A stretch of DNA of 61,243 bases from a virus (lineage: Duplodnaviria; Caudoviricetes): positions 1 to 61,243 of IMG/VR virus record IMGVR_UViG_3300036850_000032. One strand, 5' to 3'. A program made the translations under genes and the position numbers. Shown here one piece after another: positions 51,289-61,243 of the stretch (positions are counted from its first letter, which is position 1; each line of letters begins with the position of its first letter). The notes beneath the pieces were generated by a model that was not told where the DNA came from, made no database searches, and saw only the letters and a program-made list of their open reading frames with translations.

Positions 51289-53570
51289 TGGCCTCACCGC
51301 TCGCCACTCCAGGGGCGACACTCAGGCGTCCCTCCACAGGCTATGAGGAGGATGAGTACTACAAGACGCTGCCCGATCAGATCGGCGGTCCGACAGGCAT
51401 CCCGCAGATTGGCCAGATCGCGGGACTGGACGGCACGTCCGCGCCGGGGGTCTCCCTGTGGGGCGATCCGCAACAGATGCGCGGCGGATCGACGAGCGAC
51501 GCTCAGCGATCGGCTGACGGCGGGGGGAGCGGTCAGAATCTCGGACGGCCGCAGACCGGCACCAGTCCGCAGACGACGAACCTGATCGCGGAAGCGGCGC
51601 GGCTGACGGGCAATCCTCCTCCCGAGGAGCAACGTCCGCCCGGCGTTTTTGCGCAAGCCCCACATATCTCCGCTGGTCGGACCGACATTGAAAGCCCTGT
51701 CGGGATGCAGACCGGAGGGACGGTGCAGCCGCACGCGCTCCCCGCGGCCTCTGGTCAGTTTGCGGCGGTTGATCCGGGAGGCGTCTACACGCCAGAGGAC
51801 GCCTTGGCGCTGCTCGAGCAGCGGGCCGGCCGCGCGTTATCACCAGAGGAGCGCACGGCGGCGATTCAGGCCAGTGGATGGAATCAATCTGGCTCCCTCA
51901 CGGGCGCACACATCAACAGCATCCTGCAATGGGGTGCGGGTGCAATGGGCGGGCAGTTTACGCCGTGGGGCGGCAGTGGAGGCCAGCCGCCCCCACCAAC
52001 ACGGCCGCCGAGCCCCACCGGCACCTACACACCGGAAGACGCCGAAGCCCGCGCCCGCGAACGCTTCCGCGGCCGGTTCAATCGTGATCTGACGCCGCAG
52101 GAGTGGACAACGCTCCTCGCACGGGTGCCGGGGTTCCAGCCGGGCCAGCCGATCTCACAGGCGCAACTGGATGAAGCCTTCCGGCTGATCGATGAGTATG
52201 GCGGCACGCTGCCGGGCGGTGGTGGTGGAGGTGGTCCTGTCGCCCCGCCGCCGCGTGCGCCCGTGCCGCCGCCCTCTGCGCCAACGGGTGGGCCACGGGT
52301 GCCCTACGAGCCGTATACGCCCACCCCGCGCACGCCGATTCCGCCAGCGGCACCCTATCAAGCGCCGACTACACCGTGGGGGCCAGCGCTGACCTCGAAC
52401 GTGACGCCTGCGCCGGAATTTCGGGCACCCGAGTATCGTCCGCCCCCGGCGTATCGGGCACCGGATCCGTTCTCGTACGAGGACTACACCGCGCCGGCGC
52501 CGTTTCAGTACGACCCCTATCAGGCGCCAGCGGCGTTTCAATATGCTGACTATCAGGCTCCGGAGAACTTCGCGTTCCGCGAGCATGAGGCCCGGCCCGA
52601 GTTTGTCGCACCGACATGGGATGAGATCCAGAACGACCCCGGCTATCAGTTCCGTTTGCGGGCGGGCACGCAAGCGCGTGAGCAATCCGCTGCGGCCGGA
52701 GGCGTCCTGCGCACGGGCGGCACCTTGAAGGGCTTGGAAGACTACGCACAGGGGCTGGCCAGCCAAGAATACGGCAATGTGTACAACCGCCGAGCCAGCG
52801 AATGGGATCGCGCGAACGCCGCGAACACGGAAGATTACACGCTGGATCGCGACACCGCACGCGGCACATGGGATCGCAATACGGCGCTCGGCCAATCCGC
52901 CTACGACCGGAACCGGGCCGGCGCCGAATCCGCTTGGGATCGGAATACCGGCCTCGGCGAACGGGCCTACGAACGCAATCGGGCTGGCGCCGAACGCGCC
53001 TACGATGTCAACGCCGCCGCAGGACGCTACGCCCACGAAACCAACCGTGCCGGGGCTGAGCGGGATTACGACCGCAACACCGCAACCGGCCGGTATGCCT
53101 ACGAGACCGCCGCCGATCGTGCCGATCGGGAATACGCCGCCGCCTTTCAAGGCGCACAGGCGGAATACGATCCGCGGTTTGCCGGATGGCAGGCACGGAC
53201 GGCGGCGGATCAACGCACGGGCGAGCTCAATTTCGATCGCCAGCATCAGCAGGCCCTCTACGATCGGGATGACGCATGGCGTCAGTACGCGTTTCAGACG
53301 GGCATGGAACAAGATCGCTTGCGGTACAACAACCAAGCCGATTGGGAACGTGAAGTCTTCGGACGGCAGCAGGAAGTGGATCGCGCCCGTTACCTCGGGG
53401 ACGACGCGTACCGCCGCGAGCGCGACGCAAACGATCTAGAGCTTCAGAGGGCCATCAGAGGATCGGACGAAGCGTGGCGAGAATTTGTGAACGCACAAGA
53501 AAACGCCTGGCGGCGGGAAGAGTTAGAGGAGTCTAGGCGCAGATTTTTGATCGAAGTGGGGATGCGCTGA
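51288..53570 (+). CDS. putative ejection protein with 11-aa repeats
   Basis: DPGYQFR...G..A...SAAA.G.L..G.TLK.L..Y.Q.LASQEY.N.YNR motif of P22-like DNA-transfer proteins. Confidence 0.7.
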   Translation: MASPLATPGATLRRPSTGYEEDEYYKTLPDQIGGPTGIPQIGQIAGLDGTSAPGVSLWGDPQQMRGGSTSDAQRSADGGGSGQNLGRPQTGTSPQTTNLIAEAARLTGNPPPEEQRPPGVFAQAPHISAGRTDIESPVGMQTGGTVQPHALPAASGQFAAVDPGGVYTPEDALALLEQRAGRALSPEERTAAIQASGWNQSGSLTGAHINSILQWGAGAMGGQFTPWGGSGGQPPPPTRPPSPTGTYTPEDAEARARERFRGRFNRDLTPQEWTTLLARVPGFQPGQPISQAQLDEAFRLIDEYGGTLPGGGGGGGPVAPPPRAPVPPPSAPTGGPRVPYEPYTPTPRTPIPPAAPYQAPTTPWGPALTSNVTPAPEFRAPEYRPPPAYRAPDPFSYEDYTAPAPFQYDPYQAPAAFQYADYQAPENFAFREHEARPEFVAPTWDEIQNDPGYQFRLRAGTQAREQSAAAGGVLRTGGTLKGLEDYAQGLASQEYGNVYNRRASEWDRANAANTEDYTLDRDTARGTWDRNTALGQSAYDRNRAGAESAWDRNTGLGERAYERNRAGAERAYDVNAAAGRYAHETNRAGAERDYDRNTATGRYAYETAADRADREYAAAFQGAQAEYDPRFAGWQARTAADQRTGELNFDRQHQQALYDRDDAWRQYAFQTGMEQDRLRYNNQADWEREVFGRQQEVDRARYLGDDAYRRERDANDLELQRAIRGSDEAWREFVNAQENAWRREELEESRRRFLIEVGMR
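52800..53130 (+). repeat. degenerate 33-bp (11-aa) coding repeats
   Basis: AYDRNRAGAES / AWDRNTGLGER / AYERNRAGAER / DYDRNTATGRY etc. Confidence 0.75.
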
Positions 53571-55057
53571 TGGCGGCTGGACCTGTGCCATTCGTGCGAC
53601 GGCGGTACGACGATACCGCCCACACCAATCGCCTGAGTGACATGCTCAGATGGCGAGGCGATCAGGCCGCGCAAGCCGCGATCCGTCAAGGCGAGAACTC
53701 CGCGCAGTTGTGGGGCGATGTCGGGAACATCATCGGGCAGACGGCGCAGACGATCAGTCGCGAGCGGGCAGAACGTCCGCAACGGGAACGCGAGCAACGC
53801 GAACAGGAGCGCGCGGATAAGTTGCAAACGGTGCTCTCTGAGGTGGGATCTCTGCCGCCGGAGCAGGCCATTCAGCGCGTGCGCGCGGCTGGATTCGCGG
53901 CGGAAGCCAATACGCTCCAGAAGCAATACGACGATCAAGTGCTTAATCGCCTGCAGCGCGAGAATACCACGCTGGATCTGGCAAGTAAGCGGATCTCGCA
54001 GGCGCGCACGATGTTCGAGGAAATCAACGCGGCACCTGAGGAGGAGCGGCCGGCGATCTATCAGCAGATTGCCCCGCGTGTGCGCGAACTGGTTGGCCCT
54101 GAACTCGGATCACGCGTGAAGGATGAATACGATCCGCAATTCGTTGAACGGGCGATGACGTGGGGGATGTCCACCGTCGAGAAGCTGAACACCCGTCGTG
54201 CGGCGATCGGATTGGTGACTGAGGACACGAAGAACGCCGACGAACGCGACGACAAGGCGCGTCAGGCACTCATTCAATACCTGCCCACGGTTGATACGCA
54301 GGAGGAATTGGATCAAGCCCTGTCGATGGCGAAAGCGCGCGGGGCACGGCCGGAGACGCTCGCGCTGTTCCCGTCGAAGTACTCCCCAGAGGCTATGGCG
54401 CAAGTCAATGAGATCGGCCTGACACCGGAGCAGCGCGCGAAACGCGAGGAAGGCGCGGCGCCAGAGAGTGAACGCGCCTTCATCGAACGGGCCGCGCGTG
54501 AACAGGGGCGGCCGGTCGCCAGTTTCAACAACAACGAGATTGGCCGGCTCAAGGCCCAATTCGCCAGCTTGTCGCGCGCGCCGAAGGATGACGGCGGTAT
54601 CACCCAAGCGCAGCGCATGGCCGCGGAGCGGTGGAAACAGAACGAATTGCAACAGGCAGAGGATGATTTCCGCAAGGCCACAGCTCCGTACACGATCGAC
54701 CCGGATTCGAAGTTACCGATTGCCCAGCCGATGGCGCTTCCACAGGATTTGATCGATCAGCACGAGGCCAGGAAGCGGCGCATCCAGTTATCGTATCTGG
54801 AGCAGATCGGGGACACGTCCACGGGCCGTCCGACTGCGCTGCCGAATCCGCCAGCCGCTCCCACGCCGCCGCCCGTGCGTGCCGCGGCCGAGCCTCCGCC
54901 ATCTGCGCCAGTAGCCCCGGCTGCGCCACTTGGGGCGGCGCCAGCGAATGCAGCCTCTCCGTACACGGTCGGGCAGGTCGTGTCGGTGCGTGGGCAGCGT
55001 GTCCGCATCACGAAGATCAACCCGGACGGCTCGTTTGAAGGCGAGCGCGTGCCCTGA
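53570..55057 (+). CDS. putative ejection protein (gp20-like position)
   Basis: Helical, Gln/Glu/Arg-rich; TGATG coupling at both ends. Confidence 0.6.
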   Translation: MAAGPVPFVRRRYDDTAHTNRLSDMLRWRGDQAAQAAIRQGENSAQLWGDVGNIIGQTAQTISRERAERPQREREQREQERADKLQTVLSEVGSLPPEQAIQRVRAAGFAAEANTLQKQYDDQVLNRLQRENTTLDLASKRISQARTMFEEINAAPEEERPAIYQQIAPRVRELVGPELGSRVKDEYDPQFVERAMTWGMSTVEKLNTRRAAIGLVTEDTKNADERDDKARQALIQYLPTVDTQEELDQALSMAKARGARPETLALFPSKYSPEAMAQVNEIGLTPEQRAKREEGAAPESERAFIERAAREQGRPVASFNNNEIGRLKAQFASLSRAPKDDGGITQAQRMAAERWKQNELQQAEDDFRKATAPYTIDPDSKLPIAQPMALPQDLIDQHEARKRRIQLSYLEQIGDTSTGRPTALPNPPAAPTPPPVRAAAEPPPSAPVAPAAPLGAAPANAASPYTVGQVVSVRGQRVRITKINPDGSFEGERVP

Positions 55058-58000
55058 TGCCGCAGACGTTTCGCTTTACCGCCAGTGAGATCGACCCGCC
55101 GGCCCCGCCGCCCAGCTCGCGGTTTGTGTTCCGTGCCGAAGACATCGACGTGTATGATCCGCTGGATGATCCGTTTGCCATTCGGGCGCGTGATCCCGAT
55201 CCTGTTCCTCGCCCTATATCTCCTCCTCGTGTAACCCCGCCGCCGATGCGGATGGTGTCCTCGCACCGTCCGCCAGGAGCTGCCGGGAACGACCTTCAAT
55301 CGGCACTCCGACAGGTCTTGCCGGCGATGGCGGTCTCGCACGAGACGCAGCCTGAACCCGATCCGGCTGCCGCGTTCTCACGCGCCACTGGGATCAGCGC
55401 ACAACCACAGCGCAGCGTGTTGGACATTGCTGCAAATGCCCCACGGGCCGCTGCTGCTGGCCTCGTACGTGGGAATCAGGCGGTATGGGGAGGATTGCGA
55501 GCCGCGGCAGATGTCCTCGGGTTGGACTCCGTTGCCGAGTGGGCACGCGCGGCCGGTCAAGGCGCGACCGAGCTTGCGGAAACAGTGAGAGGCCCGCAGA
55601 CGGGCGCCAGCCCCACGGAGCAGGCGGTGCTCGGCGGCTTCGAGTCCATCGGGGCGTCTGCGCTGCCTCTGGCGGCTGGTGTGGTCAGTGGTCAGCCGTC
55701 AGTGGCCCTCGGCATGATGGGCGCGCAGACGGGCGGAGAAGCCTACCAGCAGGCGCGCAATGCCAAGGTCAACACGCCGGAGGCGCTCGCGTTTGCCGTG
55801 TCGCAGGGCGCGGTGGAAGTTGCCACCGAGCGGATTCCTGCCGGCCGATTGCTCGGCGATCTGGCGAAGCGGACAGGATTGCTCAAGACCATCATCCGGC
55901 AGGCCACCGCCGAGATTCCGAGTGAGCAGATCGCCACGGCTCTGCAAGACCTGAACGAGTGGGCCACGTTACAGCCGGACAAGCCGCTGTCCGCGTATCT
56001 CGAGGAACGCCCCTCTGCCGCCGCACAGACGCTCATCTCCACGCTGGTGGCGACGATTGGGCAGACGGCTGCATCGGCTGGTGTGGAACGTGTGACACGT
56101 CCACGCGAGCGTGTGCAGCCTTCCTCTCCGGCGGCGATAGTGCCTGCGCCCATCGTGGAGTCGCGTCCTTCGCCCGTGGCTCCGATTGCGCCGCCTGTTG
56201 CCGCCGGACCTTCGACTGTCGCGCGCCTCACCGATGCGGCTCCTGTTGTGGAACCTGCCCCACCGTTGGGCGTGGTGTCATTCACGGCGGATCAGATTGA
56301 TCAGCCGATCGTGGCGCCGTCGATCGTGGAACGGGCGCAGCAGATGCGAGCGGAAGATCCCACCATCGACGCCAGAGCGCGTGAGATGGCGGAACGTGCG
56401 CGAGCGGCGAAGGTGTCGGTGGTGGAGCCAGAAGGCGCGCAACTTATCGCAGCGATCGAAGACTTGTCGGCCGAACTTGATCAGCCGTATGGCGATCGTG
56501 ATGTCCTAGCCGGACTGCTGGATACCGACCCGGAGGACTTCTCGGCGTCCGATGTGCAGCTGCTGCGCGAGGTGTTGGCCGACCTACAGGACCAACAGGC
56601 CAAGCGTGGCGTGTTACGACAACTCAGTCCACAGGAGGAACCCCGTGCCCTTGAAACCCGGCAAGAGTCAGAAAGTCGTGAGCCAGAATATTCGGGAACT
56701 GAAAGCGAGCGGCAGGCCGCAGAAGCAGGCCGTGGCGATCGCCTTGAGCAACGCCCGTCAGCACCCGTCGCCGAAGAAACGCCGGTAGCGCGGGCCGTTA
56801 TTCAATCCGAGATTGACCGTCTCACAGAAGAGAATGCGCGTCTCGCCAAAGGACCGCCACCACTGCGGCCCAAGAAGCGCACCGCTACGCCTGTCGTGGA
56901 ACGCTCGCCCTCGGTGGATGAGTCACGAATCACCCCGTCAGAGCCGCCGAGTATCGCGGGCCTGATCGAGCTGAAAGAGGCTGAAGTCACCAGCGGCGCG
57001 CTGGCGGAGACGCCAGCATCGGCCGCCGCCGAAGTCCGCGCCGAAGTTGGCCGCGTCGTGGATCTCCGTGGCGTCAAAAGCGCCGCCGATGTGCAACGCC
57101 GTGTTGTCGCGACGCTGACCGAGGAATTGGAGCACGCGAAGGTTGGCGCCCCAGTGTTGGAAGTACGCCCGCAAAAGGCGTACGGCGGACGGGAGTTTAC
57201 CGTGTTTGCCGATGGTGAGCCGCTGGTGATGGTGGATCGCTACGGCCACATGAAAGCCTCCTACGGGGTGGATGACGACCGCGTCAAGGCGCTGAGTGGT
57301 GCGCCTGTTGCGCTCGGTCGGACGGGCGACAAAGCCTCGCTGGGGCAGATCGATCGCGCGAAGGACATGTCAAAGCCAGAGTTATACCGCTATGCGCAAG
57401 CGGAAATCTCGCGACGGCTGGGACAGCAGCGCGGCACCGTCACGGTACAGATTCCAGGCGATGGCACCTTCACGATCAATCGGACGCCGGAGGCCGTCTC
57501 AGAAGTCTTGCGGCGGATTACGAAAGCCGGTGTGTCGCCGTGGAAGGGGTTGAAGGGTGAAGGGCCTCCCCCGCTTAGGAAGTCGATTCCAGGTGTGACT
57601 CCGATCACGGATGTCGTAGCAACTCCGGAGCCAGTGAGCACAGAACCGACAGTCCGCAATCCTGGCTTTATCCCGCGCGGCGAGGTGCGCGTGGTTGAAC
57701 CGAAGCCACAGAAGATCGCCACAGAGCCGACCGGAGGACCGCCCGGCGTCTCGCTCAACGACATTCCGATGGACTTGGCGATCCGTGCCCACTCCGGCAC
57801 CTCGCATACGCCGGAGGTGCGCGCCAAGAGCGAACAAGAGGGCTATGTCTCCCACATGACCCACGTCTGGAACGAGATACAAAAGCTTGCGAAGACTGAT
57901 GAGCAGAAAGCCATCGCACGCGCGGAGTTTGCCCGCTACCGCTCCGGGTATCTCGAACGGAACCGCGCCTACATGAGCGCGCGCAGTGGCGTCGTCAGCG

Positions 58001-61000
58001 CGTACATCGCCGGGCCGAGCAAGTTTCCCAGCCGGCAGATGGAGAAGCGGAACAACGCCGTAGACAAGCGCCGGAACGAGTTCGTGGAGTGGGAACAGCG
58101 CGCGCTCCGTGCGATGCGAGAAGCCATCGAGCCAAGTGTGGCCCGAAGCATTTCCTCGGATCGCTCCGATGCCGTCGAAGCCTTACAGGCAAAGATTGAC
58201 GCAGCAAAGAAGCAACAGGAGTTGATGCGCACCGTCAACGCCATCGTGCGCACGAAAGCGACCGACGCGGAGAAGATCGCGAAGATTACCGCTGCGACAG
58301 GTTTCAAAGAGGCCACCGCCGCGAAGCTCCTTGAGCCTGATTTCATGGGTCGCAAGGGCTTCCCAGACTACGAACTGACGAACAACGCCGCCAACATCCG
58401 GCGCATGGAAGCGCGCATCGGCGAGGTGTCCGCGCAGAAGGCCAAGCCCGAAGGCGAAGCAATGTTTGACGGGGGACGTGTCGAGGAAAACGCCAGCCTG
58501 AACCGCATCCAGATTTTCTTCGACAGCAAACCTGATGAAGCCACGCGCGACAAACTGAAGGCTAACGGCTTTCACTGGTCGCCGCGTGAAGGAGCGTGGC
58601 AGCGGCAGCGCAACGACGCAGGACGAGAGGCCGTTCGGAAGGTGCTCGGCGTCACGCTCGGCGAGCGAGTGGCATCAGGCGAACCTGAGGGGGCCGTTGC
58701 CAAACTCCAAGCCGTCGAAGATGCCGCCAAAGCCCGCATCAAGGACCGAGGCACATTCAAAGGCAGCCGTCTCACCGCCGGTCTACCTGTCGACGACATC
58801 GCCGATCTGGTCATCATCGGTGCCGCCCGGATCGCGAAGGGCACGGTGCAGTTCGCGCAGTGGTCTGCTGAGATGGTGCGCGACTTCGGCGACGCCATTC
58901 GTCCGCACCTCCAAACCATCTACGACCGCGCCAAGGTGAAAGCCGCCGAGTTCGGCCCGCGTCCGATCCTGGCCGACACTGGCCGGGACATCCCCGATCA
59001 GCAGCGGTTGCCGAAGGACCGCGTCCTCGCGTTCCCCAGCCTGCAGAAGATGCCGGAGGCGATCCGCGGCGACATCGCGGACATGCTGGAGCGCTACAAC
59101 GGTTTCGAGACACAGCGGCGCGGCGTGCAACCGATTGCCCGCACGCAGGAGATTGCGAAGGATCTGTGGCTCCCGCTCGAAACGCTGAAGCCTGGCACCG
59201 CGCTCAACGCGGAGGAACTGGAAGCCTACAAGACCGCCCTCGCCACGGCACTGACCGAACGGCAGAAGGTGCTGGAGAAGATCAAGGACGGCACGGCCAC
59301 CGATTGGGATCGGCTCCAGTTCTCGCATCTGACAGACGTGGCGACGATCCTGACTGCGAGTTACCGCGGGGCGAAGGCGGAAGCCGGACGCGCGCTCAAC
59401 ATCCTGCGGGTGAAGGCGCGCGTGCTGGACTTGCAGGAATCGCGGTTCCTCGAAGCCGCCTTGAAGGCGCCCGGTTTCCAGAGCGACATCAGCGCGGTCG
59501 CGAAAGCCGCAACTGAGGCCGAAGGCGATCCGCTCGCCCAGCTCAGGCTGCTCCGCAAGCGTGCGGCTGGGAACTGGTTTGATCTGGTGCAAGCCGCGTA
59601 CTACACGAATCTGCTCTCCGGGCTCAAGACGCATCTGCGCAACGCGATCGGTAACAGCTTCAACACGTTTGCCAACACGATCGCGCCTATCGGTGGAGCG
59701 GCGGCGGACATCGTGCGCGCGACAGCCACGGGCCAGCCGCGAACCGTCTTCATCGGGGAGATCCGCGAGAACTTGGCTGGCGGATTCATCGGGCTCGATC
59801 GCGGGATGAAGAATGCCGCGTTCACGTTCCGGGAAGGGTTTCGGCCGAGCACCGTCGAATCAGCCGCAGGAGGCGTGTTCGATACCCCTCGCGTCGAATT
59901 ACCCGGAGGGGTCTGGACGAACTGGCCGAGCCGCGCCTTGGAAGCGGCCGACGAGTTCTTCCGCGCCATTGCCTATCAGCAGGAATTGCACGCCGGCGCC
60001 TACGCCGACGCTCGAGGAGAAGGACTCCGCAAGCCTGATGAGATTCACGCACGCATGGCCGAACTGATGACGGCTGTGGACGGGGAGGACGGGAAGACGT
60101 TCGCCGAGCTCCGCGATCGGGCGCAGACCTTCGCGGCCCGAGCGGTGTTTCAGGAAGAGCCGGGGCCGATCGTCAACTGGCTGCTGAAAGCCAAGGCGCC
60201 AACCTCGCCCATCCCGTTGAGAGCCGCGGCGTTGTTCGTCTCGCCGTTCATCAAGACCCCCTCAGCCATTCTTAGGCAGGGCGCGGAGTGGTCTCCGGTG
60301 GGCTTTGTCATGAAGGGCGCCAAACAAGGCGGACGGGAAGGCGCACAGGCTCTTGGACGGGCGGGACTGGGAACTGGGTTCATTCTCGGCCCGCTGGCAT
60401 GGTTCGCCGCGAATGGGCTGCTGACGGGCGCTCCGCCTGATGACGAAGGCGAGCGGGAGGAGTTCTACGCACAAGGCAAGCTCGGCAACGCCATCAAGAT
60501 CGGCGAGTACTGGGTCCGCTACACGCTGTTCCAGCCGTATTCGGTGTCGATGGCGGCGGTGGCAAATGCGTGGCAGCAGTTTCAAGAGTCGAAACAGGAC
60601 GAGACGGCGGTGGCCGAAGCGTTTGCTGGTGCGGTGGCCGGTGCTGGCGCGTCGTTATTGGATCAGTCGTTCCTCGCCGGACTCGGCACGGTGATTGATG
60701 CAGTCAACGATCCGCAACGGTACGCGGGCCAGTGGCTCAGCCTGTTCGTGCAGGGCCTTGTCCCCTACAGCGGGGCGATGCGGAACATTACGCAAGCGAT
60801 CGATCCGGTGGTGCGGAAACCATCCGGTGTGGCCGAGAGTGTGCAGGCGATCATTCCGTGGATGTCTTCGTCACTCCAGCCCAAACGGACACGGTTCGGC
60901 GAGGCGGTCACACGGCCCGGATCGGCCGTACAACGCGGATTCATCGTGCCAGAAGTGTCGAAGGCCGTGAGTGATGACGTGACGACGATCCTCGCACGGT

Positions 61001-61243
61001 TGCAGATCCAGCCGACAACCCCGCGGGCACGCTTCACCGTGAACGGCAAGCCCGTCGAGTTGACACGGGAGCAGCAGGACATCGTGACCGAAGCGATTGG
61101 CCGCGAACGGAAAGCCACCATTGAACGCGTCATCTCGTCGCCATTCTTCAAGGGTTTGAAGGATGAGTCGCAGCGGGCAGGATTGGAGCGGGCGATCAAC
61201 AGTGTCACGGATCGTGTCCGGCCGAACGTGATCCGTACACTAG
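55057..61243 (+). CDS. giant internal virion / large polyvalent protein (>2060 aa, runs off end; not in ORF track)
   Basis: Frame 1 from ATG 55057 appears stop-free to the window end; DUF3560-like domain (~57760-58650: GFP.YELTNN.ANIRR, R.QIFFD.KP, GF.WSP..GAWQR) and LPD38-like C-terminal region (PFIKTP, G.LTG..P, IKIG). Confidence 0.8.
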   Translation, partial: MPQTFRFTASEIDPPAPPPSSRFVFRAEDIDVYDPLDDPFAIRARDPDPVPRPISPPRVTPPPMRMVSSHRPPGAAGNDLQSALRQVLPAMAVSHETQPEPDPAAAFSRATGISAQPQRSVLDIAANAPRAAAAGLVRGNQAVWGGLRAAADVLGLDSVAEWARAAGQGATELAETVRGPQTGASPTEQAVLGGFESIGASALPLAAGVVSGQPSVALGMMGAQTGGEAYQQARNAKVNTPEALAFAVSQGAVEVATERIPAGRLLGDLAKRTGLLKTIIRQATAEIPSEQIATALQDLNEWATLQPDKPLSAYLEERPSAAAQTLISTLVATIGQTAASAGVERVTRPRERVQPSSPAAIVPAPIVESRPSPVAPIAPPVAAGPSTVARLTDAAPVVEPAPPLGVVSFTADQIDQPIVAPSIVERAQQMRAEDPTIDARAREMAERARAAKVSVVEPEGAQLIAAIEDLSAELDQPYGDRDVLAGLLDTDPEDFSASDVQLLREVLADLQDQQAKRGVLRQLSPQEEPRALETRQESESREPEYSGTESERQAAEAGRGDRLEQRPSAPVAEETPVARAVIQSEIDRLTEENARLAKGPPPLRPKKRTATPVVERSPSVDESRITPSEPPSIAGLIELKEAEVTSGALAETPASAAAEVRAEVGRVVDLRGVKSAADVQRRVVATLTEELEHAKVGAPVLEVRPQKAYGGREFTVFADGEPLVMVDRYGHMKASYGVDDDRVKALSGAPVALGRTGDKASLGQIDRAKDMSKPELYRYAQAEISRRLGQQRGTVTVQIPGDGTFTINRTPEAVSEVLRRITKAGVSPWKGLKGEGPPPLRKSIPGVTPITDVVATPEPVSTEPTVRNPGFIPRGEVRVVEPKPQKIATEPTGGPPGVSLNDIPMDLAIRAHSGTSHTPEVRAKSEQEGYVSHMTHVWNEIQKLAKTDEQKAIARAEFARYRSGYLERNRAYMSARSGVVSAYIAGPSKFPSRQMEKRNNAVDKRRNEFVEWEQRALRAMREAIEPSVARSISSDRSDAVEALQAKIDAAKKQQELMRTVNAIVRTKATDAEKIAKITAATGFKEATAAKLLEPDFMGRKGFPDYELTNNAANIRRMEARIGEVSAQKAKPEGEAMFDGGRVEENASLNRIQIFFDSKPDEATRDKLKANGFHWSPREGAWQRQRNDAGREAVRKVLGVTLGERVASGEPEGAVAKLQAVEDAAKARIKDRGTFKGSRLTAGLPVDDIADLVIIGAARIAKGTVQFAQWSAEMVRDFGDAIRPHLQTIYDRAKVKAAEFGPRPILADTGRDIPDQQRLPKDRVLAFPSLQKMPEAIRGDIADMLERYNGFETQRRGVQPIARTQEIAKDLWLPLETLKPGTALNAEELEAYKTALATALTERQKVLEKIKDGTATDWDRLQFSHLTDVATILTASYRGAKAEAGRALNILRVKARVLDLQESRFLEAALKAPGFQSDISAVAKAATEAEGDPLAQLRLLRKRAAGNWFDLVQAAYYTNLLSGLKTHLRNAIGNSFNTFANTIAPIGGAAADIVRATATGQPRTVFIGEIRENLAGGFIGLDRGMKNAAFTFREGFRPSTVESAAGGVFDTPRVELPGGVWTNWPSRALEAADEFFRAIAYQQELHAGAYADARGEGLRKPDEIHARMAELMTAVDGEDGKTFAELRDRAQTFAARAVFQEEPGPIVNWLLKAKAPTSPIPLRAAALFVSPFIKTPSAILRQGAEWSPVGFVMKGAKQGGREGAQALGRAGLGTGFILGPLAWFAANGLLTGAPPDDEGEREEFYAQGKLGNAIKIGEYWVRYTLFQPYSVSMAAVANAWQQFQESKQDETAVAEAFAGAVAGAGASLLDQSFLAGLGTVIDAVNDPQRYAGQWLSLFVQGLVPYSGAMRNITQAIDPVVRKPSGVAESVQAIIPWMSSSLQPKRTRFGEAVTRPGSAVQRGFIVPEVSKAVSDDVTTILARLQIQPTTPRARFTVNGKPVELTREQQDIVTEAIGRERKATIERVISSPFFKGLKDESQRAGLERAINSVTDRVRPNVIRTL
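56645..56788 (+). CDS. nested small basic phage protein (47 aa) in +1 frame
   Basis: AGGAGG at 56633-56638, GTG 56645; MPLKPGKSQKVVSQNIRELKASGRPQKQAVAIALSNARQHPSPKKRR matches a common small phage protein pattern. Confidence 0.75.
   Translation: MPLKPGKSQKVVSQNIRELKASGRPQKQAVAIALSNARQHPSPKKRR

Noticed and set aside
52800-53130. CRISPR array or DGR repeats
   Set aside because: The repeats are degenerate, in-frame 33-bp coding units without unique spacers; no cas or reverse transcriptase gene was seen anywhere in the window
61200-61243. In-frame fusion of the giant protein with the tail fibre across a circular junction
   Set aside because: Depends on exact end-joining that cannot be verified; frame 1 of bases 1-99 ending in TGATG is the more parsimonious C-terminus

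Overview
A nearly complete, circularly permuted ~61-kb genome of a high-GC temperate phage with a P22/podovirus-type virion module. The gene order is: tail fibre and lysis cassette (99-5366); putative attP (3' end of a tRNA-Ser-like gene) with tyrosine integrase and a lipoprotein; divergent cI/cro switch; early genes (ParB-like pair, Xis, ERF, YqaJ exonuclease, TGT/DpdA-like and HD proteins); replication initiator and helicase loader; adenine and cytosine methyltransferases; terS/terL; a ~6.7-kb cluster of small ORFs between terL and portal; P22-like portal, scaffold and coat; signal-peptide-bearing fibre-like genes with a glycosyltransferase-like and a methyltransferase gene; gp4/gp10/gp14-like tail genes; ejection proteins; and a >2060-codon giant protein that runs off the right end and is missing from the ORF track. 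The most unusual features, all found by eye, are five. (1) The terL-portal cluster encodes truncated paralogues of the phage's own virion proteins: a twin-arginine(Tat)-signal mini-capsid (22/42 identities to the coat C-terminus), a second probable coat fragment, and three proteins sharing a domain with an ejection protein, one of them Tat-tagged. (2) The coat protein has a hydrophobic N-terminal leader. (3) Several fibre-like proteins carry Sec-type signal peptides. (4) A small basic gene with its own AGGAGG RBS is nested out of frame in the giant gene. (5) No classical endolysin is recognisable. All calls come from motif recognition without database searches. The host is unknown; a diderm such as Acidobacteriota is only a guess.
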